From contig CP159373.1 in the NCBI GenBank assembly GCA_032595685.2, forward strand, positions 4,045,821 to 4,069,820: a DNA stretch of 24,000 bases, given 5' to 3'. The notes below the pieces were generated by a model that was not told the origin of the DNA, searched no databases, and saw nothing but the letters and a program-made list of their open reading frames with translations. This document shows, piece by piece, positions 23,027-24,000 of the stretch; position 1 is the first letter of the stretch, and every line of letters begins with the position of its first letter. A program made the translations under genes and the position numbers. The DNA is from Candidatus Electrothrix aestuarii. Its GTDB lineage: Bacteria > Desulfobacterota > Desulfobulbia > Desulfobulbales > Desulfobulbaceae.

Positions 23027-24000
23027 TAAATTTGACAACGTACTATTTTATTTAACGAATATGTGTTATTGAAAGGCATGATCAATATCACACGAGTCCT
23101 CTGCTTATGCCTTCAAATACCAAAGAATTAACATTCGATACGTTTGTCAATCAGATCCATAGCATATTTGATGAACTCCCGGATTACCGGAAATTCAGCC
23201 CAAACCTCACATATTCAATGAAGGATGCGGCGTTAGGTGCGTTTTCCATGTTTTTCAACCAATCCCCATCATTCTTATCTTATCAGCGGGCAATGCAGCA
23301 GGCTCACGGGCATAATAATGCTCAAAGTTTGTTCGGAATAACACAAATCATGTCGGATAATCAGACCCGTAATCTTCTTGACACCCTTACTTCTGATAAT
23401 TTTTATCCGATTTTTTCAGAAACTTTTGATCGGCTTGAAAGTGCTGGATACTTGGATCGTTATAGAGTGCTGGATGATTATTTGTTGGTTCCGATAGATG
23501 GTACAGAATTTTTTCGTTCCTCCAAAATACATTGTGAAAACTGTTCCGTTACTCATAACTCCAATGGAACGGTAAGTTATTCCCATAAGGTTCTTACCCC
23601 GGTGGTAGCTGCACCGGACAACAACAAGGTCATCGCTCTGGAACCGGAATTCGTCACCCCTCAGGATGGTTCTGCAAAACAGGATTGCGAGTTGAATGCT
23701 GCTAAGCGCTGGATTGAACGGAATTCCTCTTTATCGGATCGAAAAGTTATCATCCTGGGAGACGACTTGTTTTCCAGAGGGCCGTTTTGCAACTTATTAT
23801 CGGCACACAGTTTTCGCTTTATCCTGATTTGCAAACCCTCCTCACATACGACCCTTTATCAGTATGTTGCCGAACTTGAAAAGAAAGATGGTATTACAGT
23901 AAGTTCTCAAAGAAAATGGAACGGAAAATTTCACGAGCTTCATACTTATCGTTATGCTAATGACTTACCCCTCAAGCAGGGGGATGACGCTCCTTCTGTC
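23027..24000 (+). mobile_element. Left part of a second IS (IS4/ISNCY-like) inserted into the IS66 remnant; continues beyond the window
   Basis: Abrupt change to AT-rich sequence at about 23024-23030, then an 80-nt leader and a transposase ORF. Confidence 0.55.
23107..24000 (+). CDS. DDE transposase (IS4/ISNCY-like), 3'-partial
   Basis: My own translation from ATG 23107 is open for all 298 codons to the window end; it is absent from the ORF track because no stop is reached. Sequence: MPSNTKELTFDTFVNQIHSIFDELPDYRKF...LLVPIDGTEFFRSSKIHCENCSVTHNSNGTVSYSHKVLTPVVAAPDNNKVIALEPEFVTPQDGSAKQDCELNAAKRWIER...ILGDDLFS. The DGT...C..C...H and ...DG..KQDCE patterns are typical of a transposase family usually annotated ISNCY/IS4-like. 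Confidence 0.6.
   Translation, partial: MPSNTKELTFDTFVNQIHSIFDELPDYRKFSPNLTYSMKDAALGAFSMFFNQSPSFLSYQRAMQQAHGHNNAQSLFGITQIMSDNQTRNLLDTLTSDNFYPIFSETFDRLESAGYLDRYRVLDDYLLVPIDGTEFFRSSKIHCENCSVTHNSNGTVSYSHKVLTPVVAAPDNNKVIALEPEFVTPQDGSAKQDCELNAAKRWIERNSSLSDRKVIILGDDLFSRGPFCNLLSAHSFRFILICKPSSHTTLYQYVAELEKKDGITVSSQRKWNGKFHELHTYRYANDLPLKQGDDAPSV

Overview
This window looks like a mosaic piece of a Gram-negative bacterial chromosome. The Gram-negative call rests on OmpA-type peptidoglycan-binding domains, lipobox lipoproteins and sigma70-like promoters; the taxon cannot be determined from the window. Almost all genes are on the + strand.

(1) 508-7041 is a five-gene envelope cluster. It encodes two paralogous proteins that fuse a periplasmic solute-binding (NMT1/SsuA-like) domain to a C-terminal OmpA-like domain. 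These flank a vWA (MIDAS) lipoprotein and are followed by a 2-TM coiled-coil XpaC-like protein and a TelA-family toxic-anion-resistance protein. REP-like GC-rich hairpin repeats sit in its intergenic gaps.

(2) 7.2-11.6 kb is a compositionally patchy accessory stretch of small, mostly unrecognisable genes: a lipoprotein, three small proteins, a very AT-rich RDD-family membrane protein, a TPR protein and a secreted Cys-containing protein. It contains a ~135-bp, ~90%-identical duplication of the 3' end of a small membrane-protein gene, and a dense cluster of GATAAC/GTTATC motifs.

(3) 11.7-14.0 kb holds an array of six ~23-bp tandem repeats with a palindromic core, then a near-consensus promoter. 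Downstream are a visibly GC-rich gene for an HU-like/DUF4469-like protein and a gene for a signal-peptide-bearing ParB-like (ParBc_2) nuclease-fold protein.

(4) The housekeeping genes are trpS (- strand), an in-frame MobB/iron-alcohol-dehydrogenase ORF, a DUF21-CBS (CNNM/HlyC-type) membrane protein, yaiL (DUF2058) and hisD. An AT-rich 493-aa membrane-protein gene is wedged between trpS and mobB.

(5) The 3' end is an IS graveyard. A frameshifted Uma2-family gene is truncated by an IS66-family remnant, which is itself truncated by a second IS whose DDE transposase runs off the window.

I found no rRNA, tRNA or CRISPR array. All family assignments come from reading motifs by eye and need HMM or BLAST confirmation.
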